This document shows, one piece after another, positions 54,651 to 64,000 of a stretch of 64,000 bases of DNA. The stretch spans positions 1 through 64,000 of the forward strand of contig CAVXGR010000021.1 of assembly GCA_963761335.1 (NCBI GenBank), read 5' to 3'. Both the position numbers and the translations under genes were made by a program. Within the stretch, counting starts at the first letter, position 1; each line of letters begins with the position of its first letter. This stretch comes from an uncultured delta proteobacterium. Its GTDB lineage: Bacteria > Desulfobacterota > Binatia > HRBIN30 > BPIQ01. The notes under the pieces are model-generated. The model saw only the letters and a list, made by a program, of their open reading frames with translations, had not been told where the DNA came from and did no database searches.

Positions 54651-55076
54651 ATGCGAAAAGCTTTTTTGAAGGCAGCACGCGAACGGCTCCAGGAGATACG
54701 CGCCCAGGTCATGCGCGAAATCGAGGACGATCTCAAAGAGGGACGCGAGGGTCACAAGGACGAAGGGATGGATACCTACGACCTCGCCAGCGAAGAGCGC
54801 GATCGCGAGATCAACTTCATCCTGAGCGACCGCGAGCGCGGCAAGGTCCAGGCGATCCAGGAAGCTCTGGAGCGCATCGACGAGGGCTCCTACGGCATCT
54901 GCGAGATGTGCGAGAGCGAGATCGCCGAAGGTCGCCTCGAAGCTCTGCCTTTCACCCGCCTCTGCGTCAGCTGTCAGCAGGAGCGCGAGAAGGAAGCGAA
55001 GCAGACTCGCCGGGCGGAAGACGACCGTGTCTATCGCAAGCTTGCCTCCACGGATCTCGACGAAGAGAACACCTGA
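54651..55076 (+). CDS. dksA: DksA/TraR family protein
   Basis: DTYDLA (DxxDxA), YGICEMC...RLEALPFTRLCVSC; TTGACA-N17-TACATT promoter within the end of rimO. Confidence 0.85.
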   Translation: MRKAFLKAARERLQEIRAQVMREIEDDLKEGREGHKDEGMDTYDLASEERDREINFILSDRERGKVQAIQEALERIDEGSYGICEMCESEIAEGRLEALPFTRLCVSCQQEREKEAKQTRRAEDDRVYRKLASTDLDEENT

Positions 55077-56385
55077 TTATCGGGCCGCTCTCGAGCGGCT
55101 CTTCTCGACGGCGGTCGCTGCCGTCGATCCCGAGGCGCTGGTCGCCGGCGCCCTGCACGTCACCGCCGGTCGCCTGGCGGTCGCCGGCGAGCAGGTGGGC
55201 CTCTGGCCGCTGCCGAGCGCCGTCCTCGGCGCCGGCAAGGCCGCAGCGCGGATGGCCCGCGGTGCGGAGCTCGTTCTCGGCGGGCGTGCCCGAGGCATCG
55301 TCGTCACCAGCGACGGCAATGATGTGCCGCTCGAACGGATCTCCTGCGACACCGCGGCGCATCCAATCCCAGATCGCCGCGGCCTGCGGGCGACGGCGGC
55401 GATCATCGCCCACGCCGAGGAGATCGGCTCGAGCGAGACTTGCCTCTTTCTCCTGAGCGGCGGGGCCTCGAGCCTGCTGGTCGAGCCGGCCGCGCCGCTT
55501 CGGCTGGAGGAGAAGATGGCCACCAACGAGCTTCTTCTTCTCTCCGGGGCTTCTATCGCCGAGATCAACGCGGTGCGTAAGCACCTCTCTGGAGTGAAAG
55601 GCGGTGGACTTCTGCGCCGCTGCCGCGGCCGAATGATCTCGCTGATTCTCTCCGATGTCATCGGCGACGATCCGAGCATCATCGGCTCGGGACCGACGAC
55701 TGCCGACCCGAGCACCTTCGCCGAGGCCCTCGAGGTGCTGCGGCGCTACGACCTCCTCGACCGCGTGCCTGAAACAGTCCGTGCCCGGCTCGAAGCCGGG
55801 GGGCGCGGCGAGCTGCCTGAGACGGTAAAGCCCGGGGACCTCGAGGCGAGGCGCGCCGTAAACGTGATTCTCGGCTCCAACCGCATCGCCCTCGAGGCAG
55901 CGGCGCGCCAGGCGGCGGCATGGGGCTGGGAGGTGCAACGGGAGGAATCCATGCTGGCGGGGGACACCGGCTCCGCGGCCGCGGCATTCGGCAGCCGCCT
56001 GTGCCAGGAGTGGGAGCGGTCGCGGCGAGATGGCCGGACGCGCTGCCTCCTCACCGGAGGCGAGACCACCGTGCAGGTCTCCGGCTCGGGCAGCGGCGGT
56101 CGCAACCAGGAGTTCGCGCTGGTGGTCGCCCACACCATTGCGGGTCTTCCGGTGACCCTCTTGAGTGCGGGCTCGGACGGCATCGACGGCCCCACGGATG
56201 TCGCCGGCGCCTTCGCCGATGGCTCGACCCTGGAGAGGGCTCGTGACCTCGGCCTCGACCTGCGGCAATCCCTTGCCGACAATGACTCCTATCCCGTGCT
56301 ACAGCGGCTCGGCGATCACTTTCGCCCGGGGAGCACGGGTACCAACGTCATGGATCTGAAGCTTGCCGTGATTCCGCCGCGCTGA
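55027..56385 (+). CDS. MOFRL-family (type 2) glycerate kinase (start uncertain)
   Basis: GAGKAA..MA, HPIPD, LSGGASSL, INAVRKHLS.VKGG, GGETTV, GGRNQE, DGIDG, TGTNVMD. Confidence 0.9.
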   Translation: MSIASLPPRISTKRTPDYRAALERLFSTAVAAVDPEALVAGALHVTAGRLAVAGEQVGLWPLPSAVLGAGKAAARMARGAELVLGGRARGIVVTSDGNDVPLERISCDTAAHPIPDRRGLRATAAIIAHAEEIGSSETCLFLLSGGASSLLVEPAAPLRLEEKMATNELLLLSGASIAEINAVRKHLSGVKGGGLLRRCRGRMISLILSDVIGDDPSIIGSGPTTADPSTFAEALEVLRRYDLLDRVPETVRARLEAGGRGELPETVKPGDLEARRAVNVILGSNRIALEAAARQAAAWGWEVQREESMLAGDTGSAAAAFGSRLCQEWERSRRDGRTRCLLTGGETTVQVSGSGSGGRNQEFALVVAHTIAGLPVTLLSAGSDGIDGPTDVAGAFADGSTLERARDLGLDLRQSLADNDSYPVLQRLGDHFRPGSTGTNVMDLKLAVIPPR

Positions 56386-56435
56386 GGCCGGGAGGCTAGC
56401 TGGTCGGGGCGGCGGGGGTGTGCTACCGTCGGCCG

Positions 56436-57173
56436 GTGCCCAGCGGTTATCTATCCGAGATCTTTGCATCTTTTCAGGGCGAGGGGCTTCGCGCCGGGGA
56501 GCGGCACGCCTTCGTTCGCCTGGCCGGATGCAATCTCCGCTGCGCCTATTGCGATACCCCGGACAGCCTCGAGCGGGTTGAGGGGTACTCCGTGTGGGAG
56601 CCCGATGGGTCGCTGAGGGGCCTGAACCCTATCTCGCCAGAGCAGCTCGACGCCGTTCTGATACCCTTCCTGCGGCGCCGCGGTCCCCTCGATGCCGTGG
56701 CGATCACGGGCGGCGAGCCCCTGATGCAGGCGCCATTTCTCGCCGACTGGCTCCGTCGCCTGCCTCCGAATCTACCTATCTTACTGGAAACCAACGGTGT
56801 TCTGCCCGCCGCCCTGGAGCGAGTGATCGACTGGGTCGACGTGGTCAGCATGGACGTCAAGCTGCCGTCCAACAGCGGCGAGCCGGCCTTCTGGGACGAG
56901 CACCGCGACTTCGTGGAGGTCGCCCGGCGCAAGCAGCTGTACGTGAAGATCCTGGTCGATTCCTCCACTGCGGGCGACGAGTTCGACCGCGCCGTCGACA
57001 TGCTCGCCGGCGTGGCGGCGGGAGTGCCGCTGTTCGTACAGCCGATCGTGGATGCCGAGGGTGCTCTGCAGGCCTCCGAGGACGACCTGGAGCGGTTCTA
57101 TTCAGCCGCCCGAAGGGGGCTGTCGCAAGTGCGTATGCTCCCGCAGATCCACAAGTTTCTTGGAATCCGATGA
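56436..57173 (+). CDS. queE: 7-carboxy-7-deazaguanine synthase
   Basis: EIFASFQGEG, RLAGCNLRCAYCDT, TGGEPL, LETNG, PQIHK. Confidence 0.85.
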   Translation: MPSGYLSEIFASFQGEGLRAGERHAFVRLAGCNLRCAYCDTPDSLERVEGYSVWEPDGSLRGLNPISPEQLDAVLIPFLRRRGPLDAVAITGGEPLMQAPFLADWLRRLPPNLPILLETNGVLPAALERVIDWVDVVSMDVKLPSNSGEPAFWDEHRDFVEVARRKQLYVKILVDSSTAGDEFDRAVDMLAGVAAGVPLFVQPIVDAEGALQASEDDLERFYSAARRGLSQVRMLPQIHKFLGIR

Positions 57174-57355
57174 GCCCATTAGGGCGGCATCTGGCGTGTG
57201 TATAACGATGTTCGTGCCACTTGATTGGGCGACAGCCGGGCGATGGCGGGTGGTCCGTCGGCGGGCAAAAGCGGCCTTTCTTCTTGACATTTTTTTGCGT
57301 ACCGGCCTATAAGTGCTTGTCATTATTTGTAATTTGGCTCGGCTGACGGTTCGGC

Positions 57356-58390
57356 ATGGCGGTTTACACCATCCTTTCTAAGAAAGAGATCGCGGCGATC
57401 GCAGAGGAGTACGGACTGCCCAAGGTCACGGCAGTCCGCGGCGTACCCGAGGGCTCCGTCAACACGCACTACCTCATCGAGACGACCAAGGGGAAATTTC
57501 TCTTGCGGATCGACGAGGTGAAGAGCGAGCTCGAGGTCAAGCGCGAGATCGACCTGCTGCTCTTCCTGCGCAAGCACGGCTTTCCGTGCCCGGCGCCGCT
57601 CGCCGATCGCAAGGGCCGTCATTCGCGCGAGTTCGACGGCCGCTCGATGTCCATGTACCGCTACATCGATGGCCGCGTTCTCGAGCCCACCGAGCTGAGC
57701 ATCGGCCAGCTGGAGAACCTCGGCCGCGTCATGGCCGACCTCCACGTGATTGGCAAGAATTACAAAAAGGGGATCGACAATCGCTTCAGCTTCGAGAGGG
57801 TCGGCGACATCTATCGCGACGTACGCGGTCGCCTGCCGCATTACTTCAAGAAGATCATCCGCACTCTCGACGAGGAGTTCGAGTACCTGGGTCACTATCT
57901 CGAGGGGAAGCTGCCGAAGGGCGTGATCCACGGCGACCTCTTCCACGACAACGTCATGTTCAAGGGAGAGAAGGTGGTCGCCGTCCTCGACTTCGAGGCG
58001 GCGTGCCGCGGCAAGTTCATCTTCGATCTGGCCACGGCGGTGAACTCGCTCTGCTTCGATGATCGGCGTTACGTCCTGCGCAAGTTCGAGGCGCTGATCG
58101 CCGGATACGAGTCGGTGCGCACCCTGTCGCTGGCGGAGTGGGATGCCTTCCCGAACGAGCTGCGCTTCTCGGCATTTCGCTTCACGATCACGCGACTGCA
58201 CGACTTCTTTCTCAACCCCATCGATGAGCGCGAGCGACTCAACAAGGACTTCCAGGACTTCTACGAGCGGCTGTTGATCCTGCGACGCGAGCGCGACGGC
58301 GGCATGGAGCCGATGCTGATGTCCATGGCGACCGGCTACGACTACCGCAAGTACCAGAAGATCAAGGCCGTCGAGAAGCGCGGTCACTGA
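57356..58390 (+). CDS. thrB: type II (APH-fold) homoserine kinase
   Basis: MAVYT, EGSVNTHY, GVIHGDLFHDNV, LDF..AC; TTGACA-N18-TATAAG promoter at 57284. Confidence 0.8.
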   Translation: MAVYTILSKKEIAAIAEEYGLPKVTAVRGVPEGSVNTHYLIETTKGKFLLRIDEVKSELEVKREIDLLLFLRKHGFPCPAPLADRKGRHSREFDGRSMSMYRYIDGRVLEPTELSIGQLENLGRVMADLHVIGKNYKKGIDNRFSFERVGDIYRDVRGRLPHYFKKIIRTLDEEFEYLGHYLEGKLPKGVIHGDLFHDNVMFKGEKVVAVLDFEAACRGKFIFDLATAVNSLCFDDRRYVLRKFEALIAGYESVRTLSLAEWDAFPNELRFSAFRFTITRLHDFFLNPIDERERLNKDFQDFYERLLILRRERDGGMEPMLMSMATGYDYRKYQKIKAVEKRGH

Positions 58391-58447
58391 GCCAGCGGCG
58401 CCCCACTTGCGACGATGGCGGAATCCCGCCATCATTGCCGTCGCTCT

Positions 58448-59014
58448 ATGGAAGAACACCCCATCCAAGAATCCGTCCGCACGATTCTGCGCGAGGTCGG
58501 CGAGGATCCGGAGCGAGAGGGGCTTCTGAAGACCCCGGCGCGAGTCGAGCGCGCCTTCGAGTACCTCACCAAGGGCTACAGCGCCGACCCCAAGGCGGTG
58601 ATCAACGACGCGCTCTTCGTCGAGGATTACTCGGAGATGATCGTTCTGCGCGATCTCGACTTCTTCTCGATGTGCGAGCACCATCTGCTGCCGTTCTACG
58701 GCAAGGCGCACGTCGCCTACATTCCCAAGCACCACATCGTCGGCATCAGCAAGCTGGCGCGCCTGGTCGAGGTCTATGCCCGGCGGCTGCAGGTACAGGA
58801 GCGTCTGACCACGCAGATCGCCAATATCCTCATGGATGAGCTCGATCCGATGGGCGTCGGCGTGGTTCTCAAGGCGGAGCACCTCTGCATGCGCATGCGC
58901 GGTGTCGAGAAGCAGAACTCGGTGGTGGTCACCAGCGCCATGCTGGGGGTTTTCCGCACGCATCAGGAGACACGACAGGAGCTGATGACGCTGATCCACA
59001 ACGGTCAGCGATAG
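58448..59014 (+). CDS. folE: GTP cyclohydrolase I
   Basis: [42 protein letters not shown]. Confidence 0.97.
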   Translation: MEEHPIQESVRTILREVGEDPEREGLLKTPARVERAFEYLTKGYSADPKAVINDALFVEDYSEMIVLRDLDFFSMCEHHLLPFYGKAHVAYIPKHHIVGISKLARLVEVYARRLQVQERLTTQIANILMDELDPMGVGVVLKAEHLCMRMRGVEKQNSVVVTSAMLGVFRTHQETRQELMTLIHNGQR

Positions 59015-59109
59015 CAGCTGGAGAGGCTTCCACCTTCATGGAGACGGTGCTGCGCCATCGGCGTTGACACCGCATTTCAGATTGGCTAAGCGAGTCGTCT
59101 TCGGAATCG

Positions 59110-59181
59110 AGTTGCACGACTGGCGCGACGTGGAATTGACCACGGGGGAGTGCGAGCCGTCGGTGGGCCGAACGCCTGGGC
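59110..59181 (+). ncRNA. ZMP/ZTP (pfl) riboswitch
   Basis: GCACGACTGGCG..GTGG..CCACGGGGGAGTGC...GCCGAACGCCTGGGC matches the pfl consensus, including the GGCG/CGCC pseudoknot. Confidence 0.9.
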
Positions 59182-59212
59182 CTCTGAAGCGGTGAGGTTC
59201 AGGCTTTTTTTT
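59174..59212 (+). terminator. riboswitch expression-platform terminator
   Basis: GCCTGGGCCTC...GAGGTTCAGGC followed by 8 Ts; overlaps the 3' end of the aptamer. Confidence 0.85.
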
Positions 59213-59229
59213 GTCCGCGAGGAGATGCG

Positions 59230-60387
59230 GTGATCAAGAACTATTTGCTGGCCCCGGGTCCCACTCCCGTTCCACCACGCGTGCTGCAGGCGATGGCGCT
59301 GCCGCTGATCCACCATCGCACGCCGCAGTTCAGCAAGATCTTCGCCGAGGCGGCGCAGGCGCTCAAACGGCTGTTCCGCACGTCGCAGGACGTCCTCATC
59401 CTCTCGTCCTCGGGCACCGGGGCGATGGAGGCGGCGATCACCAATACGCTGTCGCCGGGAGAACGCGCCCTGGTGATCAACGGCGGCAAGTTCGGCGAGC
59501 GCTGGGGAAAGATCTGCAAGACGTACGGCGTCGAGGTCGTCGAGATCAAGGTCCCCTGGGGCAAGCCCGTCGAGGCCCGCGAAGTGCGCCAGCAGCTCGA
59601 GCGGCACGGCGACATCCGCGCCGTTCTCGTCCAGGGCAGCGAGACCTCGACCACGGCGCTCCATCCGATCGCCGAGCTGGCGAAGCTGACACGCGAACGC
59701 GACACGCTGCTGGTCGTCGACGGCATCACCGCCGTCGGCGTGCTCGACATGCCGATGGACGAGTGGGGCATCGACATTCTGCTCACCGGCTCGCAGAAGG
59801 CGCTGATGCTGCCCCCCGGCCTGGCGTTCGTGGGGCTCAGCCAGCGGGCCTGGCAGCGGACCGAGAGCAGCAGGCTGCCGCGCTTCTATTTCGACCTGCG
59901 CCGCGAGCGCGACAACCTCGGCAAGAACACCTCGGCGTGGACGCCGGCGATCTCGCTGATCATCGGCTTGCGCGAGGCGCTGGCGATGATCGAGGAGGAA
60001 GGTCTGGAGCAGGTGTACGCTCGCCACGACCGCAACGCCCGCGCCACCCGCGCCGCCGCCACGGCCCTCGGCCTCGGGCTGCTGGCGCCCGAGGCCCCCA
60101 GTCCGGCAGTGACCGGCATCTACGTGCCCGACGACGTCGACGGCGGCAAGCTGGTGTCCTACCTGCGCGACCGCATGGGGGTCACCTTCGCCGGCGGCCA
60201 GGATGACCTCAAGGGCAAGATCGTGCGCATGGCGCACCTCGGCTACATGGGCGAGTTCGACGTCATCACCGGGGTGGCCGCCCTGGAGATGGCTCTGCAC
60301 CATTTCGGTCACCGCCTCGACCTCGGTCGCGGCGTCGGCGCCGCGCAGCAGGTTCTGCTCGAGGCGCTGCCGAGTCGGGCGTCATGA
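59230..60387 (+). CDS. class V (alanine-glyoxylate-like) aminotransferase, probable phosphoserine aminotransferase
   Basis: PGPTPVP, HHRT, SSGTGAMEA, GKFGERW, ETST, GSQKALMLPPG; overlaps the serA start. Confidence 0.88.
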   Translation: MIKNYLLAPGPTPVPPRVLQAMALPLIHHRTPQFSKIFAEAAQALKRLFRTSQDVLILSSSGTGAMEAAITNTLSPGERALVINGGKFGERWGKICKTYGVEVVEIKVPWGKPVEAREVRQQLERHGDIRAVLVQGSETSTTALHPIAELAKLTRERDTLLVVDGITAVGVLDMPMDEWGIDILLTGSQKALMLPPGLAFVGLSQRAWQRTESSRLPRFYFDLRRERDNLGKNTSAWTPAISLIIGLREALAMIEEEGLEQVYARHDRNARATRAAATALGLGLLAPEAPSPAVTGIYVPDDVDGGKLVSYLRDRMGVTFAGGQDDLKGKIVRMAHLGYMGEFDVITGVAALEMALHHFGHRLDLGRGVGAAQQVLLEALPSRAS

Positions 60388-61976
60388 GCTATCGCGTTCT
60401 CGTCAGCGACAAGCTGTCGCCGCAGGGCCTCGAGATTCTACAGGCCGCGGAGGGAATCGAGCTCGATCAGGTCCCCGGGCTGTCGCCGGCGCAGCTCGCC
60501 GCCAGGATCGGACCGTACCACGGCCTCATCATCCGCAGCGGCTCGAAGGTCACTGCCGAGGTGGTCGCCGCCGCCGATAACCTCAAGGTGATCGGCCGCG
60601 CCGGGATCGGGGTCGACAACGTCGACGTGCCGGCGGCCACCAAGCGCGGCATCGTGGTGATGAACACCCCCGGCGGCAACAACGTCACCACGGCCGAGCA
60701 CGCCATCAGCATGCTGCTCGCGCTGGCCCGCTCGATTCCGCAGGCAACGGCCTCGATGAAGGCCGGCAAATGGGAGAAGAACCGCTTCATCGGCACCGAG
60801 GTGTGCAACAAGACGCTCGGCATCATCGGCATCGGCAACATCGGCAGCCTGGTGGCCGAGCGCGCCGCCGGTCTCAAGATGCGCGTCATTGCCTTCGACC
60901 CGTACATCTCCGCGGAAGCGGCGACGCGGCTCGGCGTGGAGGTCTGTGCGCTGGACGAGCTGCTCGAGCGGGCCGACTTCATCTCGATTCACGTGCCGCT
61001 GTTGCCCGAGACCCGTAACCTCATCTCCGATGCCGCCTTCGGGCGCATGAAGAAGGGTGCGCGGCTGATCAACTGCGCGCGCGGCGGCATCGTCGACGAG
61101 GCCGCCCTGCAGCGGGCTCTGGAGAGCGGTCGCATTGCCGGAGCGGCGCTCGACGTCTTCGCCGAAGAGCCACCGCCCCCGACGCACCCGCTGTTCAATC
61201 TCGATCGGCTGATCTGCACGCCGCATCTCGGCGCCGCCACCGACGAGGCGCAGGTCAACGTCGCCGTCGCCGTGGCCGAGCAAGTGGTCGATTTCCTGCT
61301 GCACGACACCATCGTCAACGCCGTGAACGTGCCCTCGATCAGCGCCGAGCTGCTGGAGGTGCTCACCCCTTACATCCAGCTGGGTGAGAAGCTCGGCAGC
61401 CTGCAGGCGCAGCTGCTGAGCGAGGCAGCGCTCGAGGTCGGCGTCGAATGCGCCGGCGACGCCACGCTGTACGACGTCAAGCCGATCACCGTTGCCGTCC
61501 TGCGCGGCTTGCTCAGCCGCGCCGTCGAGTCGGGGATGGTCAACTACGTCAATGCCCCGGCCATCGCCCGGGAGCGCGGCATTACCGTGCGCGAGACCCG
61601 CAGCAGCCAGCCCAAGGGCTATCAGTCGCTGATCACCGTGCGCGTGCGGACGGCGAGCGGCGCCAGCGAGGTTGCGGGAGCGGTCTTCGGCCGGCACGTG
61701 ACCCGGCTGGTGAAGATCCACGACTTCTATCTGGACGCCGTTCCGGAAGGGCACATCCTGGTGCTGCACAACCGCGACGTCCCCGGGGTGGTCGGCAGCG
61801 TCGGCACGTTGCTGGCCAAGGAGAACATCAACATCGCCCGGCTCGAGCTCGGGCGGGAGCACGTCGGCGGTATGGCCATCTCGCTTGTCCACGTCGACAA
61901 TGTCGTCCCGGAGTCGGTTCTGCAGAAGCTCCGCCAGGCTCCGAACATCGTCTCGGCACAGCTCATCGAGCTGTAG
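60384..61976 (+). CDS. serA: D-3-phosphoglycerate dehydrogenase (long ASB/ACT type)
   Basis: RAGIGVDNVD, NCARGG, TPHLGAATDEAQ, C-terminal ACT domain (NRDVPGVVG). Confidence 0.95.
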   Translation: MSYRVLVSDKLSPQGLEILQAAEGIELDQVPGLSPAQLAARIGPYHGLIIRSGSKVTAEVVAAADNLKVIGRAGIGVDNVDVPAATKRGIVVMNTPGGNNVTTAEHAISMLLALARSIPQATASMKAGKWEKNRFIGTEVCNKTLGIIGIGNIGSLVAERAAGLKMRVIAFDPYISAEAATRLGVEVCALDELLERADFISIHVPLLPETRNLISDAAFGRMKKGARLINCARGGIVDEAALQRALESGRIAGAALDVFAEEPPPPTHPLFNLDRLICTPHLGAATDEAQVNVAVAVAEQVVDFLLHDTIVNAVNVPSISAELLEVLTPYIQLGEKLGSLQAQLLSEAALEVGVECAGDATLYDVKPITVAVLRGLLSRAVESGMVNYVNAPAIARERGITVRETRSSQPKGYQSLITVRVRTASGASEVAGAVFGRHVTRLVKIHDFYLDAVPEGHILVLHNRDVPGVVGSVGTLLAKENINIARLELGREHVGGMAISLVHVDNVVPESVLQKLRQAPNIVSAQLIEL

Positions 61977-62001
61977 TGGCGCCGGGAAGAGGGGGAGACG
62001 C

Positions 62002-63300
62002 ATGCCAGCGGCTGTCGTAGTCGGAGCGCAGTGGGGAGACGAAGGGAAGGGGAAGATCGTCGACATCCTCTCCGAGCACGCCGATGTCGTCGTGCGCTTC
62101 CAGGGCGGCAACAACGCCGGTCACACCCTGGTGGTGGGAGAGCACAAGATCATCCTCCACCTGGTGCCCTCGGGAGTGCTGCACGAGGGCACCGCGTGCG
62201 TCATCGGCAACGGCGTGGTCGTCGATCCGCAGAGCCTGCTCGAGGAGATCGACGGGTTGCAGCGGCTCGGATATCTCCGCGATCTGTCGGTGCTCAAGAT
62301 CAGCGACCGCGCCCATGTGATCATGCCGTACCATCGCGCCATCGACCAGTCGCGTGAGCGCCTCCGCGGCGAAGGATTGTTGGGCACCACCGGGCGCGGC
62401 ATCGGACCGACGTACGAGGACAAGATGGCGCGCGTCGGCATTCGCTTCGCCGATCTGCTCGACGAGGATCTCTTCGCCGAGCGGCTACGCGTCACCGTCG
62501 AGGAGAAGAACGCCTATCTCCGCCATGTCCTCGGCGATCAGCCGCTCGACTACGCCTCCGTGTACGACAGCTACTGCACCTATCGCGAACGCCTGCGACC
62601 GCACGTCGTCGACACCTCTCTCTACCTCGACCGCGTGCTGAGCCAGGGCCAGCGGGTACTCTTCGAGGGCGGGCAGGGAACCATGCTCGACGTCGACCAC
62701 GGCACCTACCCGTACGTGACCTCGTCGAACACCGTGGCGGCGGCGGCCTGCACCGGCGGCGGCATCGCGCCGAGCCGCATCACCAGCGTCGTCGGCATCG
62801 CCAAGGCGTACACCACGCGCGTCGGCAGCGGGCCATTCCCGACCGAGCTCGATGACGCCCTCGGACGCAAGCTGCGGCAGGACGGCGACGAGTTCGGCGC
62901 CACCACCGGGCGCCCGCGGCGCTGCGGCTGGTTCGACGCCGTGGTCGTGCGACAGGCGGCGCGCCTGAACGGCATGACCGCCGTCGCCCTCACCAAGCTC
63001 GACGTGCTCACCGGGATCGAGCCGCTGCGCATCTGCGTCGGCTACGACCACGGTGGCACTCGCCTCGACGAGGTTCCGGCGGCGGCGCGGGTTCTGCGCG
63101 AGCTGAGGCCGATCTACGAGGAGCACCCCGGCTGGCGCGAGCCGATCGACGGCGCTCGAACCCTCGACGATCTGCCGACCAACGCGCGCCGCTACATCAA
63201 TCGCCTGGAGGAGCTGACCGGCGCCCGCATGCTGGTGGTCTCCGTCGGCGCCCGCCGCGAAGAGACGATTCTGCTCGGCAACCCATTCTCGCCGCTCTAG
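62002..63300 (+). CDS. purA: adenylosuccinate synthetase
   Basis: QWGDEGKGK, GGNNAGHT, GTTGRGIGP, GATTGRPRRCGWFD. Confidence 0.98.
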   Translation: MPAAVVVGAQWGDEGKGKIVDILSEHADVVVRFQGGNNAGHTLVVGEHKIILHLVPSGVLHEGTACVIGNGVVVDPQSLLEEIDGLQRLGYLRDLSVLKISDRAHVIMPYHRAIDQSRERLRGEGLLGTTGRGIGPTYEDKMARVGIRFADLLDEDLFAERLRVTVEEKNAYLRHVLGDQPLDYASVYDSYCTYRERLRPHVVDTSLYLDRVLSQGQRVLFEGGQGTMLDVDHGTYPYVTSSNTVAAAACTGGGIAPSRITSVVGIAKAYTTRVGSGPFPTELDDALGRKLRQDGDEFGATTGRPRRCGWFDAVVVRQAARLNGMTAVALTKLDVLTGIEPLRICVGYDHGGTRLDEVPAAARVLRELRPIYEEHPGWREPIDGARTLDDLPTNARRYINRLEELTGARMLVVSVGARREETILLGNPFSPL

Positions 63301-63341
63301 GGTTTCGGAGTAGACCGGCCCGGAAGATTGGAGGGAGACGG

Positions 63342-64000
63342 TTGGCCCGCGCGGCGCAGAGACCCATTCCGCAGGAAGAGCGCTTCACCGAGAAGGAGTT
63401 CTACCTCGAAGAGTTTCGCGGGCACTCGCTTCTCATCGCCGTGCGCGGCGGCGACCTCCTGCGGGTTCCCGCCACCGAGGCCCTGGCCCGGGTGATCCGC
63501 CCGCTGATCGGCAACGACACGCGGCTCCTCCTCCTGGTGTCCGCCGGCGAGGCGGCCGAGGCGACCCGCCTGGTGCGCTCTCTGCAGCGGCGACTCGGCC
63601 CCACTCTCTTCCGGGAGGAAACCCTGGCGCTGTTTCCGGCCCTGCGCAGTCGCCAGGCGCGCGCCAACGCCTTCGCCGTGGTCGAGCCCGAGCCGGAAGA
63701 GCCGGGCCTGGCGACGCTCACCAAGATCTGGAACGTGATACGCGGCGCTCCCGTGCTGGTGGCCGCCGTGCCGTTTCCGCACCCGCGGCTGGCCGGCTAT
63801 GCGCAGCACCTCGCCGGACGACTGCGGGTGCACAAGCTGGTGCTGGTGGAGCCCGAGGGTGGCGTCTGCGATGGCGCCGGACGGCAGATCTCCTTCATGG
63901 ACGTCGCCATGCTGGAGGCGCTGCTGGCCGCCGGCGAGGCCGAGTCCACCGGAGTCGCGCATCGGCGCGCCACGCTGGAGGCGGTGAAGGGCGCCTTGCG
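63342..64000 (+). CDS. partial ORF, probably ArgA-like (amino-acid kinase-like N-terminal domain)
   Basis: TTG start with GGAGGGAG RBS; open to the window end: ...FTEKEFYLEEFRGHSLLIAV...LRVHKLVLVEPEGGV...; absent from the ORF track because no stop is reached. Confidence 0.5.
   Translation, partial: MARAAQRPIPQEERFTEKEFYLEEFRGHSLLIAVRGGDLLRVPATEALARVIRPLIGNDTRLLLLVSAGEAAEATRLVRSLQRRLGPTLFREETLALFPALRSRQARANAFAVVEPEPEEPGLATLTKIWNVIRGAPVLVAAVPFPHPRLAGYAQHLAGRLRVHKLVLVEPEGGVCDGAGRQISFMDVAMLEALLAAGEAESTGVAHRRATLEAVKGAL

Noticed and set aside
56436..59014. Dpd-type 7-deazaguanine DNA modification system (queE plus folE)
   Set aside because: No dpdA/tgt-like, queC or queD gene in the window; the context is housekeeping.

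Overview
This is a GC-rich bacterial chromosomal window of mostly housekeeping genes. Gene content and order suggest a deltaproteobacterial-like lineage, possibly Candidatus Binatia; that is inference only. Recognisable genes are acpS, rnj-ftsK-lolA-yajQ, an ArsA-type ATPase pair, hflX, cspA, ssb, groES/EL, radC, rlmI-moaC, trxB, rpmE-prfA-prmC-hisDBHAF, glpK, rimO-dksA, glycerate kinase, queE, thrB, folE, and a ZMP/ZTP riboswitch upstream of aminotransferase-serA-purA. The most unusual region is a ~3.7 kb integrase-free island (17348-21033). It is bounded by a diverged 179-bp duplication of the 3' end of the second ArsA-like gene, and it holds two ~357-bp copies of a non-coding element with GGGGTCGGACCT ends around a lower-GC Mrr-like nuclease-TPR gene. 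A Phd-VapC toxin-antitoxin pair follows it. Other points of note: families of 8-bp- and 9-bp-period intergenic inverted repeat arrays, many apparently leaderless genes, a beta-helix/diheme cytochrome fusion, a degenerate PD-(D/E)xK-fold protein, trxB lying antisense within a minus-strand gene run, and a frameshifted GST-like gene. No tRNA, rRNA or CRISPR array was seen.
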